35,712 bases of DNA from Octopus bimaculoides (taxonomy: Eukaryota): contig NC_068990.1 in NCBI RefSeq assembly GCF_001194135.2, positions 8,623,121-8,658,832 on the forward strand, read 5' to 3'. The notes under the pieces were generated by a model. The model was given only the letters and a program-made list of their open reading frames with translations, did not search any database and was not told the DNA's origin. This document shows, piece by piece, positions 11,208 to 23,090 of the stretch; position 1 is the first letter of the stretch; every line of letters starts with the position of its first letter. The translations under genes were made by a program, and so were the position numbers.

Positions 11208-11306
11208 GAAGGCTGGATAGTATATCAGCCGAAACGTTGTGTTAACAACAAACAAGATGAGGACAAATATCCGTCGAATGTAAATAATGTAAATAATGTA
11301 AATAAT
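11203..11306 (+). ncRNA. Penelope-like element terminus with a minimal hammerhead-ribozyme core; probably inactive in this copy
   Basis: CTGATGA (11203-11209), stem GGCTG/CAGCC (11211-11215 / 11226-11230), GAAAC (11231-11235), palindrome AACGTT (11233-11238), then a (gtaaataat)x3 tail. Minimal hammerheads with a palindromic stem III are established for Penelope-like elements. Confidence 0.65.
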
Positions 11307-13019
11307 TTACACATCTCTTAAATATAGAACTTTCATCATACCTTCCTCAAAATAAATACGAAGTACTGAGATAAGTTTAGACGTGCACTCGATAAAGTCT
11401 GTCCTGACTGGGGTTAGACAATGAAAATAAGAAAAGATAGAAGTAGGATAATCTACGGAATAGATGGATAAGAAACATAATGTTAAAAAAGGAGACCGAG
11501 ACATTCTAGGAATAACTGAAGGAAATATAATGAAGATGGTGATGATGATGATAGAAATAGTAAGGTCGTGAGGAAGTAGAGGGTTGGAGGGTGAGGATGG
11601 TAAGTTGACTTTTTAAGTGCAATATAATTAATTTTTCGCCCAAACGGATTTAGAAATGTTCTAATCCTCTAGGGCAATATAACAAAATCGATATAAGCAC
11701 GTAAGCTGAATTTTACTTATAGACAAAAAGAGAATAACAGTTTATTTGACATTTTTTAAAGTAAAGGTACGAAATGCGTTATAAATTCTTTCAAACTACT
11801 GACATTGTTTTCCCAAGTCTTCTTCAATCAAAGGTGTTCCAGTAGCAACGATAACCTCTGTTCAGTGCCATGCATGCGCTCTAAACTAGCTTTAGCCGAT
11901 ATGTTACTTGACTTAAAGGAAAAGTCGTGTGGTTTGAAAGAGATTTAGCCGCTATTTCTAGCAAGTCACGAGACTATTGGACGCTACTCTACTACACAAA
12001 TGTCAAATCATTAAGACATGATATTAGCGACCCACACAATAATTTGTGCTAAAAAAGTTTTCGTTTAAATTGGGTTAGTGTATATCGTGATCATGACCTG
12101 TACATCCTGCATTTTGAATATTTACCGATGAAATCATGAGATATTAATGATTGAATATCAAAAATTTATTGAATATTCTGCCATAAAAATGGCGTTAACT
12201 TCCTATTCCCATCTAGTGAAAAATTTCTTTCCGTTCAAGTAACAATATTTTTTTCTTTTATCGTTACACTATTATACGTTCTTGCTTCTGTTTCATTCCG
12301 AATCAGAAACCATAATTGCTTGTATTCTAATTAGACGTATAAACATTAGAGAGCTGTACAAAATATTATAAATTTAAAATACATAAAATAAATATTCGCA
12401 TTATTCGAAATAGACGCTACATTAAACTATTCTGATTAATAATCGAAATATGTTATTGCTTTTTTAGTTTGTGTTAAGTGTTTAGTTTTGTTCTTTATTT
12501 GAATATTTTCAACTAGAAAATTAGCTGTGAATAATTAAGGATTATCAATAGAATTGAAGGATTATCAAAATAGTAGCGGAAAAACTTATTAATGTGTAAA
12601 ACATTGAGATTTTAATTGAAATGATAATGACGTGTGAGGATGGATAACAATAAATTCAATGATTGTAATGATGATGATCATCATCAAGAAAATCTTGATT
12701 AATATTATCACTAAAAACATCCCCATTATTATCAAAATTACTGTGATGTACATATTCGCTATTATTATGGTCCTTGTCATTGACGTAGTTATATCAAAGC
12801 AGAAATGATGATTTCCATCAAGGACATACGTGTGTATGGAAGGACTAAAATCAATTGGATAGACAGGTACATACGGTATTGATCCAACACCGATCAGAAG
12901 TAAAAAAATCCATTATAAACTGCATTTGAAGTGAGAATACAAAGAACATATTTTGTGCCTGCTTTTACAAGGTTTCTTTATCGTTAAACAATAGCAAATG
13001 GTTGTTTCTCATGTTGCTG

Positions 13020-13140
13020 CTTCCACCACTGCTTCTGCTGTTGCTGCTACTACCACTACTACTACCGCCACTACTACTACCGCCACTACTACTACCGCCA
13101 CTACTACTGTTACTACAGCTACTACTGCTACTGCTGCTAC
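13020..13140. repeat. Compound (ACT)/(GCT)/(GCC) trinucleotide tract containing a 21-nt higher-order unit (actactactactaccgcc-like, about x3)
   Basis: Read directly. Confidence 0.85.
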
Positions 13141-13797
13141 AATTTTCATAATGACGGTGATGGTATTGTGGGCAAAATTGCACTCCGTACCTGACTGCCG
13201 ACGCTACTGCTTCCGCCCTTCTTTTGCGGTTTTCCTTTCTTACTACGATTTATGCACCATCATCCACTTAGCTTCAGCGCCTTCAACTGAGCACAGGGTT
13301 TTCATGGTCATGTGAATATAAAAGATCATTAGAATCGAAACTCCATCTTGTCGATCCTGACCATATATCGTCTCTCGCATCCCTGTACTAAACATCCACC
13401 TTTGCTGCAATAAAAAAAATAACGGCCAGTCACGGTGCCATTAATTTTCCATATCTCTTATCTCCACCCTAGTATTTTTCATTCCTTCATACTAGGTAAC
13501 ATATCGACATGCCGTCTTATTTCTTTTAGTTGTTCTTCAAACTACTGCTTCATCGGTGCTTGAAACCACTGGTGTTCATTTTAGGCTAAAACCATACTAT
13601 TATTTCACTTTGTTATATTTTGGATTTGATCTTGTAGCGCAGAGATAGTTTGCTGAAGCAATTATAATTTTGGCACTAGTTGAATTTTTGCTCCTGTTCA
13701 GTTTAAAATGTCTGTTTGTTTAATTATAAAAGCAAAGCTATTAGCGCATTAATCTATGCCCGAGTGGTATTATTGCTGCTATTATTCTAATTATGGT

Positions 13798-14145
13798 TAA
13801 GTCGGCGAACTGGCAGAATCGTTAGCATGCCGCTCGAAATGCTAGACGGCATTTTGACCGTCTTTATGTTCTGAGTGCAAATTCCACCCAGGTCGAATTT
13901 GCCGTTCAGGGGTCGATAAATTAAGTACCAGTTACACACTGGGATCGATGTAATCGACTTAAGTTCTTGTTTGTCCCCTCTGTTTAGCCTCTTGTGGGCA
14001 ATAGAAAAATAAGAAACGTTCTGAATTCAAATTCCGCCAGGATCGACATTGCCCTTCATACTTTCGGAGTCGATAAATTAAGTACTAGTTGCGTACTGGG
14101 GTCTATCTAATCGACTGGCCCCCACCTCCCCAAAAATTTCGGATA
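13798..14145 (+). mobile_element. SINE family 2 dimer (full unit followed by a headless unit)
   Basis: Two successive ...gtcgataaattaagtac...gatctaatcgact bodies with different 3' tails. Confidence 0.85.
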
Positions 14146-14204
14146 TTTTAGCAGCTAGGATAAAAAGACACATTTTTACGCTACAAAAATCAAAAAGAAC
14201 TCTT

Positions 14205-14485
14205 TCAAATTATGGCACAACGCCAGAAAGTTTGAGATGGACAAGTAGTTGATTGATGTACTATTTTATCCAAAAAGAATAAAAGTCGAAGTTGACCAGA
14301 ATGGATTTCAGCTAAGAACGTAAATTTCGCATAGGTGCCCGAAGCTCTAACAATTGTAGCTGCACTGTGACAGCAATTTTGAGAGGTGGGAAGGTCGACC
14401 TCAGTAGAATTTGAACTCAGATTATAAAGACGGACAAAAGACCGCTAAGCATTTTGCCCGGCAGAGTAACGATTCAGGAGTATTC
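14205..14485 (-). mobile_element. Two degenerate family 2 SINE pieces
   Basis: gtcgacctcagtagaatttgaactcag...ccgctaagcattttgcccgg (14394-14462) is the reverse-complement head; the 14205-14320 piece is more decayed. Confidence 0.65.
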
Positions 14486-14496
14486 ACGACAACCGC

Positions 14497-16007
14497 CATT
14501 TTCTGCGCTACATCACAGAGAGGGTGGGTAATGAAGCTGGCATGGGTGGGGCTCTGATCAATTTAGATCAATCTGAAGCTTTTGATTGGGTCGACCATCA
14601 ATACTTAGCGGCTGTCCTCAGGGCAGCCGGTTTCGGTCCACTTTTCCGCGATTGGATCGCTGCTTTGTACAGTGGCATCTGCTCGGTTGTTCGGATGAAT
14701 GGTCACCTATCGGAGCCATTCAGCATCTTGCGTTCGGTCCGTCAAGAGTGCCCTCTCTCCTCCCTTCTCTATGTACTGACTCTTCAGCCATTACTGCGGA
14801 AGTTGGAGGCTTTGAGGGGTATCACGCGTAATCTAGTATGTGGAAGTATGTCTGCTTACGCTGATGATGTCACCGTCATAGTGTCGAACTACAGGCGTAC
14901 AGACCTAACTGGCGAAACACTACAGGAATAGAAAGCAGTGACAGGAGCTAAAATTAAGGCGGAGAAATTCAGTGGGCTTGCAACTCTGCACCTAGCGAGG
15001 CAAGTCCATGCTGTCCAACAGCGTGGTGGTGCGCTGGACAGATGGCTCCGTTAAGTTGCTCGGAGTTTGGTTTGGTCCGGACTCCGAGGTGAAGAAGAAC
15101 TAGGACGAGGTGACGAGCAGGGTAGCCAATCTCATCCAGAAATAGGCCGAGAGAAAGCTGTCCTTGAAAGGTCGGGCGGAGTAGACGAATGTGTACATCG
15201 CATCCATCATCTATTACCGCTTGACTGTCGTCCCTTGCCCCGTTTGCTGGTTGACCAATCTGGTGCGATTACTCTTCCGTTCTCTGTGGAACGCGCGCGT
15301 TCCACTGGTCAGGCGCTCTATCTGCTGTCAATAGCCGCTCAATGGAGGCTTGGGTATGCCGTAGTTCCTGATGTGCAGATATGCGCTGAGGTTGCGGTAT
15401 CTCCAGCGTTTCCTTCACGGTGAGTAGGTGTGGTCACCGTTTGTAAGACACTTTTTCCCACTGCTCGTCCCTTTGACTGAGAGCTGCAATCCTGGGTTAG
15501 GCGTAGAGCGAGAAGGGGCGTTTGGCACCTCGAATGCCGTCAAGTGCTCACGACCCTCTGCCAGGCAGGAAATGTCGGTGATAGTTCTACTCTAGCGTTC
15601 TATAGTGGGCTAGTGGAGGGGAAAGTGCGACGACGTTCTCGGGGAAACTCTGAGCGTCGGTGAAGATCAACTAACCTGTCTGGCCCTATGGATAACTTCC
15701 AGAAATCCCTTGCCTGGCAGTGCTACCAAGGGGCGCTGCCTGTTCCAGATAAAGTCTACAAACACGAAAGTACCGTCAGCCGGGCCTGCCCGATGTGCAC
15801 TCAGAACGACGAAACCGTTCAGCGCCCACTCGTCCTGTGCCCGAGTATTGCTGACCAGTGGGTATATGTCGAACACCTACTGTCGCATGTAGGACGAATC
15901 CGGCTATCAGCTGAATCCATTGTGAAGATTGCTCCACCGCCCTCTTTTGGCCAGGAAGGGAAGGCAATTTTTATTTGTCTAATGGCTGTAGCGAAAGAGG
16001 TGTGTGC
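14497..16007 (+). mobile_element. Degraded L1/Tx1-clade LINE ORF2 internal fragment (reverse transcriptase plus C-terminal zinc-binding region)
   Basis: LDQSEAFDWVDH, SVRQECPLS, AYADDVT RT motifs at 14524-14931. Downstream frames give LLGVWFG, LSLKGRA and GGLGMP, then W..YQGALP...CPMC..DET...LVLCP. Multiple stops and frameshifts; no poly(A). Confidence 0.92.
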
Positions 16008-16712
16008 TTTAAGGTTACCTCCAGTTAGTAGTTATATCGTGCCACCATCACTAGACAGGTTGTCAGCGAAGAATTCCGACGAGCCTGTCAAGCCTCGTCG
16101 AAGCTGGCTATCATTCGTTGGTCGTTACCTCCAGTATTTACGATCCCAGCAAACAAAGAACTACTGATTCAGTTGGATGGCCCATACTGTTCTGTGGGTT
16201 CATTAGCCTTTTAACAGGTTTTGTCATTCGTCCTGCAGGATGTCCAAAAAAAGGCACCCCACTTATCAAGCAAACGCTTGGTAGGGCATGGTGATCCCAT
16301 ATCAAGATAAACAGCGCATGACCGCGCGAGTGGGGCCCAGTTACAATTTTCTTCAGGTCGAGTAGCCCATCCTGCTCAAAAGGTCCCTGAATAAGGATTG
16401 CTAGAGGATGTTGAGCAAAACACCCATGTTTCCAAAGGTGAATTATTCAAACCTCAACCAATTCATCTCAACACATGGCTATGATGCTCCCCACTACTTC
16501 TGCTCATGATCAGAGATGCACATATCGTCAGCCATCAGGGGACATGCTCAACTGGTTAAGGTCAAACAACTGACAAGCAAATCTGTGGTATTGAGCAGAA
16601 TATTTGTTGTAGCCCATTTTTTATACCAAGACAAAACAATGTATCTGATAACATTTCCAATCAATTAAGATCAGAAGTCATGAGAGCCACTGCCTGGTAC
16701 TGCATCCGGGCA

Positions 16713-16714
<2 letters not shown>
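16008..16714 (-). repeat. Repeat family A (~700 bp) abutting a (TAT)n tract
   Basis: Part of it recurs inverted at 11058-11207; GC-richer than background; joined directly to the microsatellite at 16713. Strand and left boundary are inferred. Confidence 0.6.

Positions 16715-16784
<70 letters not shown>
16713..16784. repeat. (TAT)24 microsatellite
   Basis: Read directly. Confidence 0.97.
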
Positions 16785-16829
16785 CCTTTCCTATCTCATA
16801 ACATGCATGCTTGTATAGCTAAAATTGCT

Positions 16830-17250
16830 TTTTGGACTTGGTTAGCCTTCATACGGAGCTCATGGAACGTGTTATTCTTGATCAAATGTGAAGAGCATCG
16901 GATCAAACCAGGCAGTACCCTGATGCATGAGCAAATTTTCTATGAGAACATCTTGGCTGACTTCTTAACGGATTCCAGTCGTGTGAAAGAACCGATGATT
17001 TGTCATGAATGAATGAGTTCACATACGTTTTCCGCTCTTTCCAGCGTCTTGCTAATAATTTGTCCCCTTGAACAGTTATTATCTTGAACGAACAGCCGAC
17101 CGGCCTCGATAAACGCGTGCCACTCGAATTATTGTGATCGATCTAAATAATGATTGCGAAAAACCTGACACATTTTGTCGGGGGTTTTGGTTGATTTGCT
17201 AAACTTCATGAAAAATTTGATTCAAGCACCTTGTTCGAATTTGTCACCCA
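16830..17250 (-). mobile_element. Tc1/mariner (mariner-type) transposase N-terminal remnant
   Basis: Minus-strand translation DKFEQGA*IKFFMKFSKS...SQ*FEWH and VLIENLLMHQGTAWFDPMLFTFDQE match mariner HTH-region motifs (EQR..IKF..K.GKS, FEWH..F, IL.E.L.M.KV.A.WVP..LT.DQK). Confidence 0.7.
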
Positions 17251-17836
17251 ACTTAAAAATCTCTAGGTCTTCTAACACAATGATATAAATCCTCAATTAG
17301 CAATTAAAGACGGGTGGGTACCATGAACTCTATAAGTGAATTAACTCTCCATACCGGCTAACAAGTCCACAGTATAATCACAGCATATGCAAGCTAGAAG
17401 CTTTGTGATAAATCTTGTTGTTAAAAGTAGCAATAATATGAATTTTCAATGACAGTGATGCAAATATCTCCTTGATGAAATAAACTACATAGAAAAAATG
17501 TTAGAAATAAACAGAATGAAGTGATTGAAAACTACAACGAGCTGTGTGATAGTAGGTGACCTATGAATAATACAAAATAAGTGAATAGACAAATACGTAT
17601 GATAACTGAATTATCCAAACTAGAAAACATTCAATAGGCTGGAGAGATAATCATAGCACACGATACGAGAGACACTAATATCCTATTATATTATTCATAA
17701 CGGAACACATACCCCAAAACAAGGCCATTAAACAAATAATAGAAGTAAAACTGTATGCAACAGAGAGAGATGTTGTGACAAGGTGACAGAGCACATATAG
17801 ATATACATGTAAATCTATACATTCATACATATATGC

Positions 17837-17870
<34 letters not shown>

Positions 17871-18715
17871 ATACATGTATATATATATACATACATACAC
17901 ATATATATATACATATGTATATATATATACATATATANNNNNNNNNNNNNNNNNNNNNNNNNNNNNNNNNNNNNNNNNNNNNNNNNNNNNNNNNNNNNNN
18001 NNNNNNNNNNNNNNNNNNNNNNNNNNNNNNNNNNNNNNNNNNNNNNNTATATATATATATATATATGCATCACACTGAGAAACGCTTGTAATGTAATGAT
18101 TCGTTCAGAACATTTCCATTAGTGTAAACGTCAAGTCTTACAGCGTGTCCATTCTGCAAATTCGTTTCAATGCCTCATTGAATCCAAGCTATTTAATGTC
18201 CCTGGAAAGAAATAACTTCATAAAATATTGTTTTCTGAAATACGTGTTGCTGTTAATTATAGACGCTAATAGGACTTTATGAATGTTTGGACTGAGCCTT
18301 TTCTACATATACTACAGTTACTGCTTTTGTTATATGTAAAATATGCCAAAATTGAAACAAGCGTTATCTCGTATAATGTTTCGAAAAGAATATCTCTTAA
18401 GCCATTATTAGGCTATATGATATACCTAGTATTGATTTCTGAAATTTTCGTCTTCCACTCTTAAATATTCTCCCTGACACATGGATTGTTACAGACAATA
18501 TATCAATTCAGGAAACATCACTTATAATTAGAATCCAAGGATAAATAGGTGCGTTGTAATTGTTCCCGATATCAGTCTTCTTGGTGGCGTTTACGGTGCA
18601 TTGGCAGGCGATCTAGTTGTTACTGACATCACTACAAATATGTTACTTTATATTTCTTTATATATTAACTTGTGTGGTGATAGTACTGTCCTTGATCTTG
18701 ATAGTTTATTTATAG

Positions 18716-18808
18716 ACTGCTGAAGTTAATACGCATGATATTCAAATTGAACTTCTGCAGAGTGATATACGTAAAGGAAATGCGGGCAGGGTGGACTTTG
18801 AGAAGGAG
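18716..18808 (+). CDS. Candidate coding exon C (93 nt, TAEVNTHDIQIELLQSDIRKGNAGRVDFEKE)
   Basis: Acceptor gtttatttatAG (18714-18715), donor GAG|GTAAAA (18809). 31 open codons with protein-like composition inside AT-rich intron sequence; phase 0-0. Confidence 0.72.
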
Positions 18809-18981
18809 GTAAAACAAAGTATTGATTACATGCACACGTAAGCAGAGGTACACAAAAGTACATACACGAACATACACATACACATCTTAACGAACACTTA
18901 TTTGTTTCTTGGCAGTTCTCTTCAATATAAGAACAGCTGAACGCACCTAAACCTGTCTTAATATTATAACACCACACCAAC

Positions 18982-19190
18982 GCATTGAGCTGGCAGAATC
19001 ATTAGAATGCCGAGCGAAATGCTCATCAGCATTTCGTCCGTCTTGACATGTTGAGTTCAAATGCTGCCGTGGTCGAGTTTGCCTTTGGTTGTGGGTCGAT
19101 AAAATATGTACAAGTTGAGTATTGGATGTCGATATAATCGATTTAATCCTCCTCTCAAAATTCATGTCCTTCTGCCAAAATTTGAAACCA
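18982..19190 (+). mobile_element. SINE family 2, diverged
   Basis: gagctggcagaatcattag...gagttcaaatg...gtcgataaaat...gtcgatataatcgat. Confidence 0.8.
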
Positions 19191-20249
19191 ACATTATAAC
19201 TCTACATGGCACTTTCTTGGCATTATCCTTTAACAGAGTGTTCTAGACGTAGGTCCTATCCCTTTTTACTCTTTGAACAATTTCTAGTCCCGAATTTGTA
19301 GCCATATTGAGGCATCACCAAGAAGGGTTATTTTAGTTTTTCATACAACAGCTATTTATTTCAGCAATATTAATTTTGCTTGTCCGTAATGTTTTAAACA
19401 ATTCTAATAGATAGCGATTACATACGAACATATACATGCATATACATATATACATAGATACGCGCGCGTATATATATATATATATATATATATATNNNNN
19501 NNNNNNNNNNNNNNNNNNNNNNNNNNNNNNNNNNNNNNNNNNNNNNNNNNNNNNNNNNNNNNNNNNNNNNNNNNNNNNNNNNNNNNNNNNNNNNNNNNNN
19601 NNNNNNNNNNNNNNNNNNNNNNNNNNNNNNNNNNNNNNNNNNNNNNNNNNNNNNNNNNNNNNNNNNNNNNNNNNNNNNNNNNNNNNNNNNNNNNNNNNNN
19701 NNNNNNNNNNNNNNNNNNNNNNNNNNNNNNNNNNNNNNNNNNNNNNNNNNNNNNNNNNNNNNNNNNNNNNNNNNNNNNNNNNNNNNNNNNNNNNNNNNNN
19801 NNNNNNNNNNNNNNNNNNNNNNNNNNNNNNNNNNNNNNNNNNNNNNNNNNNNNNNNNNNNNNNNNNNNNNNNNNNNNNNNNNNNNNNNNNNNNNNNNNNN
19901 NNNNNNNNNNNNNNNNNNNNNNNNNNNNNNNNNNNNNNNNNNNNNNNNNNNNNNNNNNNNNNNNNNNNNNNNNNNNNNNNNNNNNNNNNNNNNNNNNNNN
20001 NNNNNNNNNNNNNNNNNNNNNNNNNNNNNNNNNNNNNNNNNNNNNNNNNNNNNNNNNNNNNNNNNNNNNNNNNNNNNNNNNNNTATATATATATATATAT
20101 ACAGAGAGAGAGAGAGATGGATAGGTAGACAGAGATATATTTATATATAGATAGATAGAGAGATACATACATATATACACATGTGTGTACACGATAGACT
20201 TTCACATAAGCCTCAGTTTAACCCGACGTTTATTAGAATACACTTGAAC

Positions 20250-20688
20250 AGGGTGCCATAGTGTGGCACCAGCCCCAAGAACACATGTTCACAGAACGAA
20301 CTTGTAAGTCACCGAACCCTGCCTTCACATATTTTCACCGAATCTTTCACCTCCTTCATCTCAATGGTGATCTACTCCAACCTAAGTTACTTGGTGACAA
20401 TTCACGCCATCTCAAACAAGTGCATTTTTTACATTTTTCCACCTATCGATCCAGGTCCTTGTTTAAAGTTGTTAATGTCTTAAGCAAAGACTTCATTTAT
20501 TATCTTGAGTTTGTTTAACTGTTTAACTTTACTATTATCAATTCCAATATAGAATGGGCATCTATTTGGAAATACTTCCACTGTATATTCCCCTGACACT
20601 TATCTCTTGGATAAGACGTTTCCAATCAGATCACTTTGCTATGCTTTAATCTATCTCTAACCTTATATCTGCTATACTTTGATCTATC

Positions 20689-20729
<41 letters not shown>

Positions 20730-20731
20730 GC

Positions 20732-20771
<40 letters not shown>

Positions 20772-20772
20772 T

Positions 20773-20819
<47 letters not shown>

Positions 20820-21530
20820 CCTAAGCTTGACATTCTATTTCCTTCTGATGCATCTCACAGTTTTATTTTCCATCTTACACGCTACTTTCTGTGCATTTAG
20901 GATCGACATATTATCACTTCTAAACACAAAATCCCAAAATCTCACACTCAAGCGCACTACCCTTTCTTTACGACAACGTAGATGAGACCTAACATCTCAC
21001 ACTACATTTCGAACTACCTATGGGAGACAACGAATAACACTCATTTAAACTGCACAGAAATATAATGTACTATTTGTCAATTAACTTGTCGTACAACATT
21101 CAATCTTGCCTGCTCTTAACTATCATTTTCAAAGTGGCCACACCTGCTAAAGAATTTTCTTGGTCACCATACATAGAAACAGAACTGAAATTGTATACCA
21201 ACGTCTATGGGTCTTTTTGTGATGCTAGAAGATATCCCAGCTCATTTAAGTTAATTAATTTCTGTGAAACACAGGAGGGGCAGTCAATATTAAAACATCT
21301 CTTGAAAAACATTAAGCAATATGTATACATTCAGAGACCAAGATCAATGCCTCACTACTTCATTGTCTATATATATTGAAACTAAACAAAGATGCTATTT
21401 AGGTTTATGGATTTGATCGGTCAATTAGAGAGCAGGGATCTCCTACATTAATGATCCAAAGCTAGTGATATGAATCTCCCCGAGGAATCAGAATTCCCAT
21501 TACATCTTTTGAAATTTTGAACAGAGGTAA
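20250..21530 (+). mobile_element. Highly decayed L2/CR1-group LINE pieces interrupted by a (CT)/(TA) microsatellite
   Basis: RSLFKVVNVL resembles the pre-RT linker; broken translation near 21400-21530 resembles the 'G.RAFS..P.LWN.LP..IR.S..L..FK' 3' motif. Weak and fragmentary. Confidence 0.35.
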
Positions 21531-21634
21531 AATAATGCAAAACGGTAAAATAATGAAAAAAATTCTATCTAGCACCTCATTAAAGATCATTCAACTTCCT
21601 TTCTGTTTTGTAACATATGGCACATCAAAAATAC

Positions 21635-21841
21635 TGGTTCCAAATTTTGGCACAAGGCCAGCACGTTCGGAAAGGAGTAACTTGATTGCCTCATGCTTGA
21701 CTGGTGCTTATTTATTCGATTCCGAAATAATGAAAGTTAAAGTCATCCGAGGCGGAATTTGAACGCAGAACGCAAACACGATCGAAATAATGTTTTGCAT
21801 TTTGGTCGGCGTGCTAAACATTCTGCGAGCTCACCACCTTA
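21635..21841 (-). mobile_element. SINE family 2
   Basis: ggcggaatttgaacgcagaacg...gcgtgctaaacattctgcgagctcaccacctta is the reverse-complement head. Confidence 0.8.
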
Positions 21842-22062
21842 CAGATAAAAATATATTACACATTTTTTTTTACCCGTCAATAGATGACTCTATCAGATGT
21901 TCTACGTATGGCAATTGAATGCACAAATGTTTTTAATGTTTTTGCAGTACCCGATCAAATGTCTATAACTATTCATTTCGACGTATTTACGAATATTTTT
22001 GCTTATATATTGTCGCACTTTTTCCGTATTTACTCATTTGTAAAAACATATGTTTACCAAAG

Positions 22063-22065
<3 letters not shown>

Positions 22066-22114
<49 letters not shown>

Positions 22115-22233
22115 NNNNNNNNNNNNNNNNNNNNNNNNNNNNNNNNNNNNNNNNNNNNNNNNNNNNNNNNNNNNNNNNNNNNNNNNNNNNNNNNNNNNNN
22201 NNNNNNNNNNNNNNNNNNNNNNNNNNNNNNNNN

Positions 22234-22287
<54 letters not shown>
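22066..22287. repeat. (CA)n microsatellite spanning a gap
   Basis: Read directly. Confidence 0.95.
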
Positions 22288-22295
<8 letters not shown>

Positions 22296-23081
22296 TTATA
22301 CAGACGCAAGTATTTATTCGTTGTATTTACTATTGTATATATTCATTATTTTTACTATTCATGTCGCTGCTTCTAATATTGTTTCTTTCTTTTTCCTGTG
22401 GCTTTTTATTTCCTCTGTTTTTTTTTTAACATAATTTTTCTTAAAGAAACAATAGTACACACTTGTAGATTAATTAGATCATTACGTATCAATTCACACC
22501 ATGATATTTCTAATGAATGACTATCTCATTTTCTTCAACATTTTTCTTTCCATTTCATTTGTTTTTTATTCCTATTGTTTTTACTACTTTCCTGTTTTGT
22601 TTCGCTTTGAAATGTCCATTAATTAATACATATTAAATTATGTTATTTAATCTATTGTTATTTTCTCTTTCTATGTTCGATGTATTCTAGCGCTTCATAT
22701 TGGTCATTGTTGTTTTTATATATAATATTAATTTCTTTACATTCACATACACACACACACACATGCAAACGCACACGCACGCACACACACACAACACACA
22801 CACGCACACACATACACACACAAGCACGCACACTTTCATCGTTTAAATTATATTTTTTGATAGCAGTATTTAATAATTAATTTACATCATGTGCAGATGT
22901 AAACTGTTGGGTTGAAGAATATGATGTATCGCTTCCTATGAAAGCAGTTACAATGAGCATTTCAAGCAGTCTATTGTGATATGTTTTAGTATATATTTAA
23001 TCGAATTGTTCGTAGTTTTATCAGCAACGAATGGCTTCCCACTAAAATGTGTACTTGTTTCTCATCCGCTTAGCTCTACAG

Positions 23082-23090
23082 GATCTAGAG
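23082..23090 (+). CDS. Candidate 9-nt microexon D (GAT CTA GAG = DLE)
   Basis: Branch-like actaaa (~23041-23046), pyrimidine tract tacttgtttctcatccgct, acceptor ctctacAG (23080-23081), consensus donor GAG|GTAAGC (23091). A competing AG lies at 23072-23073. Confidence 0.5.

Noticed and set aside
12965-13315. Thr/Ala-rich or Ser/Gly-rich ORFs resembling a mucin-like protein
   Set aside because: Arise from a compound trinucleotide microsatellite; no convincing splice boundaries.
16680-17012. 110-aa ORF with poly-Tyr
   Set aside because: (TAT)n tract plus antisense mariner debris.
21400-21535. Donor-like GAG|GTAAAA at ~21527
   Set aside because: Lies in decayed LINE-like sequence; I found no clean open exon with a good acceptor.
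23025-23090. Longer 66-nt version of exon D using the AG at 23023-23024
   Set aside because: Open only in phase 1, incompatible with the phase-0 neighbours; the branch point and pyrimidine tract fall inside it.
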